From NCBI GenBank assembly GCA_043803225.1, contig JAZDKF010000026.1, positions 2,250 to 66,249 on the forward strand: a DNA stretch of 64,000 nucleotides, given 5' to 3'. The DNA is from Candidatus Beckwithbacteria bacterium. GTDB lineage: Bacteria > Patescibacteriota > Microgenomatia > UBA1400 > CG1-02-47-37. The translations under genes were made by a program, and so were the position numbers. This document shows, piece after piece, positions 36,983-51,338 of this stretch. The stretch's first letter is position 1. Every line of letters starts with the position of its first letter. The notes under the pieces were generated by a model. It was not told where the DNA came from. It was given only the letters and a program-made list of their open reading frames with translations, and searched no databases.

Positions 36983-37408
36983 TTATAGTGGGCTGCTAAC
37001 CTCATAATTGCATCCTGCCTCGCTACAACCTGCTACAGCTGAATCATCACTCTTAGCTAGCTCTAAATAGGCAGCTAAAATATAAGTTGATCCGTCAGAA
37101 CTGTAAACATAGCTATTTCCTTCTAATGGATCACCTGGCATCTCTCCAAGATAAGTCACTCCGCCGGCGGCTAAACTTTCACCCGCATCTGGAAATTGCG
37201 CTGTAGTTGGGTATACATCCTGATCAGTTCGATAAAGTTCTAAAGCCGCTCTAACCTGCTGTAGATCGCCTTGCCGTCTGCCGTCTCTGGCTTTTTGATT
37301 AGCTACCCTAAAACTAGTCGTCCCAATGGTAGTTAAAACCGCAATAATCGTCACTGTTACTAACATCTCGATAAAAGTAAAGCCTGATTTTGCTTTTAAC
37401 TTTTTCAT
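36983..37408 (-). CDS. type IV pilin / GspG-like pseudopilin
   Basis: Leader MKKLKAKSG|FTFIEMLVTV. The region KARDGRRQGDLQQVRAALELY is typical of GspG/major pilin. Confidence 0.8.
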   Translation of the reverse strand: MKKLKAKSGFTFIEMLVTVTIIAVLTTIGTTSFRVANQKARDGRRQGDLQQVRAALELYRTDQDVYPTTAQFPDAGESLAAGGVTYLGEMPGDPLEGNSYVYSSDGSTYILAAYLELAKSDDSAVAGCSEAGCNYEVSSPL

Positions 37409-37821
37409 TGTTGGCTATAAACACAAAAATCTTGATTAGGATTATCAGTCTCCCATTCTCCATCGCTTTCCAGATCAATACAAAACTGATACGCATCACT
37501 GGTCATACTAACAGCAAGATAATCAGATCCGTCTTTCGGATCTACCGGTATCTCTTGCATCGTCACTGTTGTTCCATCAACACAAGTTAGAACTTCACCC
37601 CAGGTTATATCCGGATACTCATTATCTATCGCATAGCATTCTTCCATGGCCTTTTGGACCGCTTTCATATCAGCTTGCCTGCGCGAATCCCGGCCCCTTT
37701 TTTGCGCCGTTGAAAAACTAACCGATCCTATTCCCAGTAAAATCCCAATAATTGAAATAGTTACCAATAACTCTAATAAAGTAAAACCTTTAGATACCAC
37801 TGCCATATTGTTTCTCCCCAT
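37405..37821 (-). CDS. type IV pilin / GspG-like pseudopilin
   Basis: Leader ...SKG|FTLLELLVTISIIGILLGI followed by KRGRDSRRQADMKAVQKAMEEC. Confidence 0.8.
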   Translation of the reverse strand: MGRNNMAVVSKGFTLLELLVTISIIGILLGIGSVSFSTAQKRGRDSRRQADMKAVQKAMEECYAIDNEYPDITWGEVLTCVDGTTVTMQEIPVDPKDGSDYLAVSMTSDAYQFCIDLESDGEWETDNPNQDFCVYSQQ

Positions 37822-38555
37822 AATTTTGCCGCTAACATCGCCAGTAATAAAAATGGTCCAAAAGCGATTCTGTCCTTAAGCTTTTTCTTGCCTCTTATTA
37901 TTAGTATCACACCCACAACTGCACCTGTCAAGAAAGCAATCAAGTAGGCTACCAGAATTTTCGGCCAACCTAAAACTAGGCCTAAAAGCACTGCCAGTTT
38001 TATATCCCCAAAACCCATGCCTTTTTTCTTAGTCAATAAATATAAAGAGTAAATAAAGATAAACGAACCTAAAGCCGTCCAAATCACTTGCCATTGTCCG
38101 GAGAAGGGGAGTCGAAGCAAGGCCAAACCAATTAAGGGATATAAAATCTCATCTGGAATTAACATATACTTTAAATCAAAAATAATAATTCCTATTGATC
38201 CGGAAAATAAAATCAGCCAGTAAATCAGCAAAGCCAGACTGTAAAACCCCTCCCAGCTGTTAAAAAAATTAAAGTTCACTGACAACAGCCAATAAACCCA
38301 GACAAATTCAATTCCTATCAACAATTCTGTTAACGGGTATTCAACCGGAATCTTGCGCTGGCACTTACGGCATCTGCCTTTTAAAATTAAAAATGACAGT
38401 AAAGGAATATTGTCATACCAGCCAATTTTTGCCTGGCACTGATCACAGTGAGACCGGCCGGTGATAAACGATTCTCCCTTTTTAATTCGATAAACCATTA
38501 CGTTTAGAAAACTTCCCACCGCCAAACCTAAAACAAACAAAATCAGATACGTCAT
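37773..38555 (-). CDS. pilD: prepilin peptidase (A24 family, PilD)
   Basis: The cytoplasmic Cys cluster CDQCQAKI...CRKCQRKI follows an eight-TM protein body. Confidence 0.85.
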   Translation of the reverse strand: MTYLILFVLGLAVGSFLNVMVYRIKKGESFITGRSHCDQCQAKIGWYDNIPLLSFLILKGRCRKCQRKIPVEYPLTELLIGIEFVWVYWLLSVNFNFFNSWEGFYSLALLIYWLILFSGSIGIIIFDLKYMLIPDEILYPLIGLALLRLPFSGQWQVIWTALGSFIFIYSLYLLTKKKGMGFGDIKLAVLLGLVLGWPKILVAYLIAFLTGAVVGVILIIRGKKKLKDRIAFGPFLLLAMLAAKLWGETIWQWYLKVLLY

Positions 38556-38573
38556 TCTCTAAATATATCATAT

Positions 38574-38595
38574 CTTCCACCTCTAAGGTGGAAAG
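38574..38595. repeat. REP-like palindromic element, copy 1 (cttccacc-tctaa-ggtggaag)
   Basis: Near-perfect hairpin 45 nt upstream of the RAYT gene start. The same core sequence recurs at 39147-39169. Confidence 0.7.
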
Positions 38596-38618
38596 TTGAT
38601 ATGCTATGATTAAGTATT

Positions 38619-39281
38619 ATGCCCGGTAGACTAATTCCCTTAGTTACCAATGAAATCTATCATGTTTTTAATAAAGGTATTTCTTCTCAAATAGTATTTG
38701 CTGATAAATCTGATTATCAAAGAGCAGAGGATTCTCTTCTTTATTACAAGCACGCCAAACCGCCAATCAAATATTCACGATTATTTTCTATACATAAAGA
38801 CTCTCGAAACGACTTGATTAAACAGTTGGAAAAAGAAAAAAATAATTTAGTTGATCTAATTACATATTGCTTTATGCCAAATCATTTTCATCTTTTATTA
38901 AAACAACTTGTTGATAATGGTATTTCACAATATTTAAGTAATTATTCTAATAGTTATACCCGTTATTTTAATACCAAGCATGAAAGATTAGGACCATTAT
39001 TCCAAGGCAAATTTAAAGCTGTCCATATTGAAAACAATGAACAATTACTGCACGTTTCCAGATACATCCATCTTAATCCCTACTCTTCTTCAATTATCGG
39101 TTCAACCGAACAATTAAAAACTTATCCATACTCATCCTTATATAAACTTTCCACCTCTAAGGTGGAAAGTAATATTATAATAAATCAATTTAAAAATATT
39201 AACGAATACTATAAATTTATAATCGACCAAGCCGATTACCAAAAACAACTCCAAAATATTAAAAAACTTACCTTGGAATAA
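38619..39281 (+). mobile_element. REP-associated tyrosine transposase (RAYT; IS200/IS605 Y1 HUH transposase family)
   Basis: HUH motif CFMPNHFHLLL and the catalytic-Tyr region SRYIHLNPY (YxxxNP). It is flanked by, and partly contains, copies of a 22-23-nt palindrome, and it interrupts the T4P gene cluster. Confidence 0.75.
39147..39169. repeat. REP-like palindromic element, copy 2 (ctttccacc-tctaa-ggtggaaag, 9-bp perfect stem)
   Basis: The same palindrome as at 38574-38595, here inside the 3' part of the RAYT ORF where it encodes ...KLSTSKVES.... Confidence 0.7.
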
Positions 39282-39285
39282 CTAA

Positions 39286-39309
39286 AAACCCCTCGTTGCC
39301 GAGGGGTTT
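39286..39309. terminator. bidirectional intrinsic terminator between RAYT (+) and a pilin gene (-)
   Basis: aaaaa-CCCCTCG-ttgc-CGAGGGG-ttt: a 7-bp GC-rich stem with an A-tract 5' and a T-tract 3'. Confidence 0.6.
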
Positions 39310-39330
39310 AAACTAACCTTTAAATCAAAT

Positions 39331-40041
39331 TTACTCTTCAGGAATACAGACAAAAGCCGCTAAGGTAACATCAGTCCAATCCGGTGTTTCTGTACTCGGC
39401 CAAGGAGCAATTGCCGAAGGGATAGCATCTTCACCTGTTCCTACCCAAGTCAATTGTTTCAGTTTGGTTGTATCTGCACCAGAGGTTGGATCAGTATCAT
39501 CAAAAGTATCTCGGGTGGCTTTTGATTGCGGCATAAAACAAATACTCACTGAAGGATCACCTTCTAATTTCACTACAAACAACTTATCTGCCGTCGGTAA
39601 AGTCGGAAAGACTTTAAAGTAATTTCTTTTGGCAAACTGAGACTTTAATTCCTGAGTCTCAATCAAATATCCATAGTGATTCACTCCGCCGGCATCTACT
39701 TCAGCTAAACACCCGGAAGCATCGCTATTTTCAGCTATGCCTGTAGTTACGTCACCACCGACTGCAGTACACACCCCAACTCCAACCATACGGGCATTAC
39801 CGTAAAAAGCCGCATCGGTACTCTCAGCATAATCAGCATAGTTATTCCAGGGAAACTTTAAATTTGAAGCAAAATAACGGTCTAAGGCGCTGATCAACTG
39901 CGACGCATCCGCCCGCTTGCTCGCATCTCTGGCTTTATTAATCTGTTCAATCGGGTTAATTGCTGATAGTACGGCTACTGCTAAAATTCCAATCAAGGTA
40001 ATTACCACTAACAACTCAATTAAGGTAAAGCCTTTCTTCAT
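39331..40041 (-). CDS. type IV pilin (large pilin subunit, 236 aa; candidate major pilin)
   Basis: The start was trimmed to the ATG at 40041, giving leader MKKG|FTLIELLVVITLIGILAVAVL. The ORF-track N-terminal extension lacks a prepilin leader. Confidence 0.8.
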   Translation of the reverse strand: MKKGFTLIELLVVITLIGILAVAVLSAINPIEQINKARDASKRADASQLISALDRYFASNLKFPWNNYADYAESTDAAFYGNARMVGVGVCTAVGGDVTTGIAENSDASGCLAEVDAGGVNHYGYLIETQELKSQFAKRNYFKVFPTLPTADKLFVVKLEGDPSVSICFMPQSKATRDTFDDTDPTSGADTTKLKQLTWVGTGEDAIPSAIAPWPSTETPDWTDVTLAAFVCIPEE

Positions 40042-40054
40042 AAACACACCTCCG

Positions 40055-41260
40055 TTAAAACTGGCTGGTAAGATTGTAAATGGGCAGGATAATGGCAATT
40101 ACCAGAAATGCCACACCTATACCTAGTACTATCATCATAAGTGGCTCAATTGCCGTTGTCAAGCCTTTGATTGCCTGTTCTGACTCGGTCTCAAAATAGC
40201 CGGAAACATTGAACAATACTTCGTCAACTTTCCCGGTTTCTTCGCCCACGGCAATCATTTGGGCAACAATCGGTGGAAAGTGTTCAAACTGTCCAATTGC
40301 CGCGGCTAAAGGAATGCCTTTTTCCACATCCTTGGCCGCTTGCTTAATTGACTTGCTGAATAAATAATTATCCGCTGCTCCAGCCACAATCTCCAAAGCT
40401 TCAACAATCGAAATCCCTGACTCAACTAATAAAGCCAGTGTCCGGGTAATCTCAGTTAAAATTATCTTGGTTTTTAACTTACCGATTATCGGCATCTTTA
40501 AAATATACTGGTCATACTTGGCTCTTCCCCCAGGCGTCTTCTGCCACTGCCAAAAACTATAACTACCCCCGATTAGCAATAATAGCTGAAAATACCAACT
40601 CTTTACCATAAAGTTAGATAAACCAATTAATATCTTCGTCATTCCCGGCAGATCAGCTCCAAATTCGTCATAAAGCGAAGTAATTTTCGGGATTACAAAT
40701 ACCATCATTATTACTGCCACGGCAATCATGGCTACGCTGATTATCAGCGGATAAATTAAAGCATTCTTGGTTTTGGCCCTGAACTCTGCTTGTTTTTCCA
40801 TATTCGTGGCTAACCTTATTAGCACCTTTTCTAACACCCCCGCCGCTTCGCCCGATTGAATTAAGGATAAATAAACTTTATTAAAAACCTGCTCATGCTT
40901 GCTTAAAGCCTTAAAAAAAGAATTGCCCCCTTCCACTTCTCTTAATACCTCATCAACGATTACTCCCATACCCACACCTGATTGGTACTTTAAAATTGCT
41001 AAAGCCTGAGCCAAGGGTAAACCCGCATTCACCATCGTCGCCAGCTGTCGGGTAAAATGAACCACATGGTCATTTTTAATCTTTTTAAAACTATTCAGCC
41101 ACTTCATCCAACCCGGGACCACTTCAATCTTTTCCAAATCAATAATAAATAATCCTTTCTGCCTTAAAATACTCTGGGCTTGGATTAAATTAACCGCCTC
41201 CACTATTCCTTTTAATTTTCGGTTTTCTTTATTAGTCGCGCAGTAATTATACTTTTCCAT
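40055..41260 (-). CDS. pilC: type IV pilus inner-membrane platform protein PilC (GspF family)
   Basis: 401 aa with two GspF repeats and polytopic TM segments. Confidence 0.85.
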   Translation of the reverse strand: MEKYNYCATNKENRKLKGIVEAVNLIQAQSILRQKGLFIIDLEKIEVVPGWMKWLNSFKKIKNDHVVHFTRQLATMVNAGLPLAQALAILKYQSGVGMGVIVDEVLREVEGGNSFFKALSKHEQVFNKVYLSLIQSGEAAGVLEKVLIRLATNMEKQAEFRAKTKNALIYPLIISVAMIAVAVIMMVFVIPKITSLYDEFGADLPGMTKILIGLSNFMVKSWYFQLLLLIGGSYSFWQWQKTPGGRAKYDQYILKMPIIGKLKTKIILTEITRTLALLVESGISIVEALEIVAGAADNYLFSKSIKQAAKDVEKGIPLAAAIGQFEHFPPIVAQMIAVGEETGKVDEVLFNVSGYFETESEQAIKGLTTAIEPLMMIVLGIGVAFLVIAIILPIYNLTSQF

Positions 41261-41265
41261 AAACT

Positions 41266-42321
41266 TTATCTGCTCTTAATTAAGCGGAGTAAAGAATTAG
41301 GATCCAAACAGTATTCCTGAGCTGTCTTAAAATCAATCTTCCCCGCTATAATCTGCTTTGCCAAATCTTGTTCCAAAGAATGCATCCCTACATCACCTGA
41401 AGTCTGAATCACATTATTTAATAAATGTGACTTACCTTCCCGGATACTGGTCTTAACCGCATTGGTCCCTAGTAAAACTTCGGTCGCCGCCACCCGGCCA
41501 CCGCCGATTGCCGGAACCAGTCTCTGAGCCATTACCACTGACAAAGTGCTGGACAACTGTATCCGAATCTGGCCTTGCTGATGTTCTGGAAACACATCCA
41601 CAATCCGGTCAACAGTTTGGGCCGCACTATTAGTGTGTAGTGTCGCTAGCACCAGATGGCCGGTTTCCGCCACGGTTAATGCTGCCGCGATTGTCTCATA
41701 ATCCCGCATTTCTCCGACTAAAACTACATCCGGGTCTTCTCTTAAAGCTGATCGTAGCGCCACTGTCCAGGAATGAGTATCGCCATGCATCTCTCTTTGG
41801 GAAATAATACTTTTAATCGGTTTATAAATATACTCGATTGGATCTTCAATCGTTAAAATATGGTCTGCCCGGTTCTGGTTAATTTGGTTAATTATTGCCG
41901 CTAAACTGGTGCTCTTTCCATGTCCGGTCGGACCGGTCACTAACACTAGTCCTTGCTTTAACTCCGCCACTTCCAAGCAAATTTTAGGTAAGTTTAACTC
42001 CTCAATTGATCTGATTTTATCGCTGATTAACCGTAAAGCCGCTGCCATGCTGCCCTGTTGAAAATAAACATTTACCCTGAACCGGCCCAGTTCGCCAAAA
42101 GCCACGGAAAAATCCAGCTCTTTATTAACCAAAAACTTGTCCTTTTGCTGTGGAGTCAATAATGGAAAAATCAAATCCTTAGCTTTCGACTCTGTTAAAA
42201 TCTCTTTGTCCACTGGTTTTAACTCACCGTCAATCCTTAAGTGCGGCGGTGATCCGACTGTCAAATGCAAGTCAGAAGCTTGAGCTTCAATTGTTTTTTT
42301 AAGCAATTCTTTAATATCCAT
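41266..42321 (-). CDS. pilT: type IV pilus retraction ATPase PilT
   Basis: 351 aa. Walker A motif GPTGHGKST and a PilT-family Asp box/His box. The size is typical of PilT. Confidence 0.8.
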   Translation of the reverse strand: MDIKELLKKTIEAQASDLHLTVGSPPHLRIDGELKPVDKEILTESKAKDLIFPLLTPQQKDKFLVNKELDFSVAFGELGRFRVNVYFQQGSMAAALRLISDKIRSIEELNLPKICLEVAELKQGLVLVTGPTGHGKSTSLAAIINQINQNRADHILTIEDPIEYIYKPIKSIISQREMHGDTHSWTVALRSALREDPDVVLVGEMRDYETIAAALTVAETGHLVLATLHTNSAAQTVDRIVDVFPEHQQGQIRIQLSSTLSVVMAQRLVPAIGGGRVAATEVLLGTNAVKTSIREGKSHLLNNVIQTSGDVGMHSLEQDLAKQIIAGKIDFKTAQEYCLDPNSLLRLIKSR

Positions 42322-42325
42322 AAAC

Positions 42326-44077
42326 TTAACTTTCTGCTACTCTAAGGACTTCCTCTAAAGTAGTCAATCCTTCTAATGTTTTAATATAACCGTCTTGCTT
42401 CATATCAATCATACCATTAGCTTTAGCTTCAGCTTCGATCTTCGAAGAAGGGGAGTGCTCTAAAATCAGCCGCCCGATCTTTTCTGTTACTGGCAAAACC
42501 TCAAAAATTCCGATTCTGCCTGAATAACCGGTACCGTTACACTCCGAACACTTTTTGCCTCGGTAAAACAAAATTTTATTAAGCTTCCGACTGCTCATAA
42601 AACTAGTAAGCAAAGGTCCTAATATTTTTTTAACATCGGCCAACACTGACTCAACTGGCTCATAAGACTCCTTACAATGTTCACAGACTTTTCGGCAGAC
42701 CCGCTGGCCGACTACTGAAGTCATTGACGATGCCAATAAAAACGGTTCCATGTCCATATCTAACAGCCGGGGTAATGCTCCTGAAGCACTATTCGTATGT
42801 AAAGTTGAAAAAACTAAGTGACCGGTTAACGACGCTTGAATCGCCAACTCAGCTGTTTCTTTGTCTCGAATCTCACCCACCATGATAATGTTTGGATCCT
42901 GACGTAAAAATGATCTTAAACCCGAAGAAAAAGTTAAGCCTGCTTGGGGATTAATCTGCACCTGAGTAATTCCGGCAATTTGATACTCCACCGGATCTTC
43001 CAAAGTCATAATATTTACCCTTGGGGTATTAATCATGGTTAAAAGTGAATAAAGCGTGGTAGTTTTGCCTGATCCGGTCGGACCGGTAACTAAAACAATC
43101 CCGTGCGGTACCCGAATGGCAGCTTGCAAATTAGTTAATGCCCGGCCCCTAAGCCCCAACTCTGACAGTTCTGGTACATGAATTGCTTTCTGCAACAACC
43201 GCATCACTATTTTCTCCCCATGAACCGAGGGTAGAGAAGACACCCTTAAATCAACTTCTTCTTCATTAGCCTTGAAACTAAACCTGCCATCCTGCGGGAT
43301 TCGTTTTTCATCAATCTTCATATGCGACAAAATCTTAATCCGGCTAATCACACTGTCATGAACACTGCGCGGTAAAATCAGTTTCTCGTATAAAATTCCG
43401 TCAATCCTGTACCGAACTCGAGTCTTTTCTTCTAAAGGTTCAATGTGGACATCACTGGCTTTGGCTTTAATTGCAAACTCAAGAATTGTTGATACGATCT
43501 TAGCCACTGGCGCTTCTCTGATCACCCCGCCTGCCAGATCATCAACCACCATTTTTTTAGCCTGGATTACATTAGTCTCTTTCAAAGCCTCAGTTACTTC
43601 AGAAGATAAGCTTTGAGAATACCTTTCTCTTATCTGTTTTATTAACTTGCTGGCCTCACCTAAAAATGGCTGCAGCCTCATTCCTGTCTTTGTCTCAATA
43701 AACTCCAAAGCCTGTAAATCAATCGGATTGGCCATGACAATTGATAAAGTCTTTTTCTCCCGATCCAAAGCAAAAGGCAGCACTAGGTATTTTTCCGCGA
43801 CTGCTTCAGGCAGTAAATTCAAAGCTTCAGGTGAAGTACTGGCCGCCGACACATCCATATAAGGTACTTTTAAAATCTCCGCCTTTGCCTGGGCAATCAC
43901 TGCCTCTGGCACCAAGTTATGCTTGACTAACAACTCTTCTGCCGATAAAGACGTCCCTAATAACTCACTCGAGATCCTTTCATGATCTTCCCGATTAATC
44001 TTTTCTAATTTAAGCAATAAATCCAAAAGCTGGCTGTCTTGGGCAGGCATATTAAAATTATTATATACTACTAACAA
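42326..44077 (-). CDS. pilB: type IV pilus assembly ATPase PilB (GspE family)
   Basis: 583 aa. Has an N-terminal GSPII domain, Walker A motif GPTGSGKTTT, and a tetracysteine motif CEHC...CSEC. Confidence 0.88.
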   Translation of the reverse strand: MLVVYNNFNMPAQDSQLLDLLLKLEKINREDHERISSELLGTSLSAEELLVKHNLVPEAVIAQAKAEILKVPYMDVSAASTSPEALNLLPEAVAEKYLVLPFALDREKKTLSIVMANPIDLQALEFIETKTGMRLQPFLGEASKLIKQIRERYSQSLSSEVTEALKETNVIQAKKMVVDDLAGGVIREAPVAKIVSTILEFAIKAKASDVHIEPLEEKTRVRYRIDGILYEKLILPRSVHDSVISRIKILSHMKIDEKRIPQDGRFSFKANEEEVDLRVSSLPSVHGEKIVMRLLQKAIHVPELSELGLRGRALTNLQAAIRVPHGIVLVTGPTGSGKTTTLYSLLTMINTPRVNIMTLEDPVEYQIAGITQVQINPQAGLTFSSGLRSFLRQDPNIIMVGEIRDKETAELAIQASLTGHLVFSTLHTNSASGALPRLLDMDMEPFLLASSMTSVVGQRVCRKVCEHCKESYEPVESVLADVKKILGPLLTSFMSSRKLNKILFYRGKKCSECNGTGYSGRIGIFEVLPVTEKIGRLILEHSPSSKIEAEAKANGMIDMKQDGYIKTLEGLTTLEEVLRVAES

Positions 44078-44760
44078 TGCTTCACGCCATCCTTATTACC
44101 AGTCAGGATCAAAATCAAGCTCTAAAACTGGCTCAAACTCTAAGTAACAATAAGCTTGAGCCGCAGCCAGATTTATTAATTTTAACTTCCTCCACTTCTA
44201 TTGGCATTGATCAGGTTAAATCTCTGGAAAAATTCTTAAACCAAAAACCTTACCAAAATCCCCAAAAAATTGTCCTGATACCTCAGGCCTCAATCTTAAC
44301 CTTACCCGCCCAGCAAGCCTTGCTAAAAACTCTGGAAGAACCGCCGGCCCACTCCCTGATTATTTTAATTGCTCCTCATCAAAAAACTCTCTTGCCCACG
44401 ATTATTTCCCGTTGTGAACTTCACTCAATTCAAGTCAGTTCTGACCTAACTTTGCAGTTTATTCAAACTCAAAAGGCTATCTATAATCATCTAATCAAAG
44501 CTAATTTAGGCCAAAGAATTAATTTTATTGCCGATTACGCCAGCACTAAAATTATCGCTATTGAGTTTTGCCAGCAACAACTTAAATTTCTTCGCCAGCA
44601 ACTGCTGGTAAAACCAGATAAAAATCTCCTTTCAATCCTTTCCGATTTTAACCTTGCAATTAACCGTCTAAACCATAATCTTAATCCCAAACTTTGCTTA
44701 GAACAGCTCGTCTTCCACTATCCTAATTCTAATAAAACTGATAAAATAGATTCAGGTTGA
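44077..44760 (+). CDS. holB: DNA polymerase III delta' subunit-like clamp-loader protein (short)
   Basis: Clamp-loader signature QALLKTLEEPP. At 227 aa it is shorter than canonical HolB. Confidence 0.6.
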   Translation: MLHAILITSQDQNQALKLAQTLSNNKLEPQPDLLILTSSTSIGIDQVKSLEKFLNQKPYQNPQKIVLIPQASILTLPAQQALLKTLEEPPAHSLIILIAPHQKTLLPTIISRCELHSIQVSSDLTLQFIQTQKAIYNHLIKANLGQRINFIADYASTKIIAIEFCQQQLKFLRQQLLVKPDKNLLSILSDFNLAINRLNHNLNPKLCLEQLVFHYPNSNKTDKIDSG

Positions 44761-48782
<4,022 letters not shown>

Positions 48783-48783
48783 T

Positions 48784-51336
48784 ATGAATATCGGTAAACT
48801 CCAATCTGTGGAAATCACCACGGAGATGAAAAAAAGTTATCTGGACTATGCCATGAGCGTTATTGTCGCCCGGGCTTTACCGGATATTCGGGATGGTCTT
48901 AAGCCAGTTCATCGCCGCATCCTCTACGCCATGAAAGAACAGGGAATTACTCATGCTTCGGCTTATAAAAAATCTGCCCGTGTGGTTGGGGAAGTTTTAG
49001 GTAAATACCATCCTCATGGCGATATGGCTGTTTATGATGCCATGGTCCGAATGGCCCAGGATTTTTCTCTACGTTACCCGCTAGTTGACGGCCATGGAAA
49101 TTTTGGTTCAGTGGATGGTGACTCACCTGCCGCCATGCGTTACACCGAAGTAAGAATGGCTAAAATTACCGATGAACTATTAAACGAACTTAATGAAGAT
49201 ACTGTAGATTTTATCGACAACTTCGATGGTTCACTCAAAGAGCCAACCGTCATGCCTGCTAAATTGCCAAACTTGCTCCTCATGGGGGCAGACGGTATCG
49301 CTGTGGGTATGGCCACTAAAATTCCCCCTCATAACTTAGGCGAAATTATTGATACCATTAAAGTTGTAATTAAAAAAACTAAAACTGTTACTCATGAAAA
49401 CCGGCCCAAAAACATTATTGACCCGGAATTAATTGACCCGTTAATTCTTGCCGGCAGTTTGGAATCAGAAATTACCTCTTCACAGCTAATGGCTACTCTG
49501 CCTGGTCCGGACTTTCCTACCGGCGGGATTATTTACGACACTACTAACATTGAACAAATGTATACCACCGGCAAAGGCAGTATTATTGTTCGGGGCAAAA
49601 CTAATATTGTTGAGGGGAAAAATAACTTTAAAATTCTGGTAACTGAACTTCCTTACCAGGTCAATAAATCCCGTCTGATTGCTAAAATTGCTGACCTGGC
49701 TAGGAATAAAAGGATTAACGGTATTAGAGACATTCGGGATGAGTCCGATCGAACTGGTCTGCAAATTGCCATCGAACTGAAAAAAGAAGCTAAGCCTAAA
49801 GCGGTTTTAAATAACCTTTTCAAACACACTGAACTTCAGACCAGTTTTCCCGCCAACTTAGTGGCCTTGGTCGATAATACCCCGCAGCTTTGCAACCTGC
49901 GCCAAATTCTCCTAGAATACTTGCGCCATCGTCAGCAGGTAGTCATCCGCCGGACTCAGTTTGAACTTAAAGCCGCCAAATTAAAAGCTCATATTTTAGA
50001 AGGCTTAAAAATTGCCTTAGATAACTTGGATGCAGTTATCGCCACTATTAAAAAATCCCAAGATGCTGATATCGCCAAACTCAACTTAATGAAAAAGTTT
50101 AAGTTGTCTGAAATTCAAGCCCAAGCTATTTTAGACATGCAGCTTCGCCGGCTTGCAGCTCTGGAAAGACAGAAAATCGAAGCTGAGTATGAAGCTATTC
50201 TTAAAACTATTAAAAACTTAACTGCTCTTTTGATCACTCCGGGAAAAATTATCGAAACTATCGGTCAAGAATTAACCGAACTAAAATCCAAGTATGCTGA
50301 CGCCCGCCGAACCAAGATTATTAAATCTTCTTTAAAACAATTTTCCGAAGAAGATCTCGAACCTGAAGAAGCCTGTTTAGTCACTATGACCGCTACTGGT
50401 TATATTAAACGTATGCCGCAAAATACCTACCGGTCCCAACGCCGCGGCGGTAAGGGTGTTACCGGCATGACTACTAAAGAAGAAGATGAAGTCACTCGAA
50501 TCTTTTCGGCTAATACCCATGACACTCTGTTGATTTTTACTGATCAAGGCCGGGTTTTCCGCCTTAAAGTCTTTGAAATCCCTCAGACTTCCCGCCAAGC
50601 TAAAGGCCAAGCCATAATTAACTTGATCAATATTAGCTCCAATGAAAAAATCATGTCTGTTCTTAACTTGGCAAAAGACGATCTGGAAAAAGGCTACCTG
50701 CTAATGGTTACTCATCAGGGAGTTATCAAGAAAACCGCCACCAGTCTTTACTCTAACATCCGCACCAACGGTATTATTGCCATTAAACTCGATCAAGATG
50801 ACCAGCTGGCCTGGGTTAAACAAACCTCTGGTAAAGATCATATCCTTTTAGTTTCCCATAATGGTATGTCTGTCCGCTTTAATGAAACTGACGCCCGCCC
50901 GATCGGCCGCTCTAGCCGCGGCATCCGCGGCATCCGCTTAAATCCTGACGATTATGTGGTCGGCATGGCTGTTTTTAATCCCGACCGTAAAAAAGTCAAA
51001 GGTAAACGCAAATTCTTCCAAGACCTTTTAGTCGTCATGGAAAAGGGTTTAGGTAAACGAACTGAAATTCACGAATATCCTTTGCAGAAACGCGGCGGTA
51101 AAGGCGTTAAAGTCGCCCAAATCACTGATAAAACCGGCAAGATTGTCTCGGCTCATATGGTCACTGAAAAAATTGAAACCCTGATCGTTACTTCAAAAAA
51201 AGCCCAAGTAATCAAACTTCCCTTAAAAAACATTAAACGGATTGGCCGTTCCACCCAAGGTGTTATCTTAATGAGATTCGCCAAAGCCGCTGACTCGGTT
51301 GCCGCCGTCGCTTTGCTGGAAAAACCAGAAGAATAG
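48784..51336 (+). CDS. gyrA: DNA gyrase subunit A
   Basis: The start was set to the ATG at 48784, immediately after the hppA stop. The active-site region [10 protein letters not shown] holds the catalytic Tyr, and the C-terminal beta-pinwheel repeats are present. Confidence 0.88.
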   Translation: MNIGKLQSVEITTEMKKSYLDYAMSVIVARALPDIRDGLKPVHRRILYAMKEQGITHASAYKKSARVVGEVLGKYHPHGDMAVYDAMVRMAQDFSLRYPLVDGHGNFGSVDGDSPAAMRYTEVRMAKITDELLNELNEDTVDFIDNFDGSLKEPTVMPAKLPNLLLMGADGIAVGMATKIPPHNLGEIIDTIKVVIKKTKTVTHENRPKNIIDPELIDPLILAGSLESEITSSQLMATLPGPDFPTGGIIYDTTNIEQMYTTGKGSIIVRGKTNIVEGKNNFKILVTELPYQVNKSRLIAKIADLARNKRINGIRDIRDESDRTGLQIAIELKKEAKPKAVLNNLFKHTELQTSFPANLVALVDNTPQLCNLRQILLEYLRHRQQVVIRRTQFELKAAKLKAHILEGLKIALDNLDAVIATIKKSQDADIAKLNLMKKFKLSEIQAQAILDMQLRRLAALERQKIEAEYEAILKTIKNLTALLITPGKIIETIGQELTELKSKYADARRTKIIKSSLKQFSEEDLEPEEACLVTMTATGYIKRMPQNTYRSQRRGGKGVTGMTTKEEDEVTRIFSANTHDTLLIFTDQGRVFRLKVFEIPQTSRQAKGQAIINLINISSNEKIMSVLNLAKDDLEKGYLLMVTHQGVIKKTATSLYSNIRTNGIIAIKLDQDDQLAWVKQTSGKDHILLVSHNGMSVRFNETDARPIGRSSRGIRGIRLNPDDYVVGMAVFNPDRKKVKGKRKFFQDLLVVMEKGLGKRTEIHEYPLQKRGGKGVKVAQITDKTGKIVSAHMVTEKIETLIVTSKKAQVIKLPLKNIKRIGRSTQGVILMRFAKAADSVAAVALLEKPEE

Positions 51337-51338
51337 CT

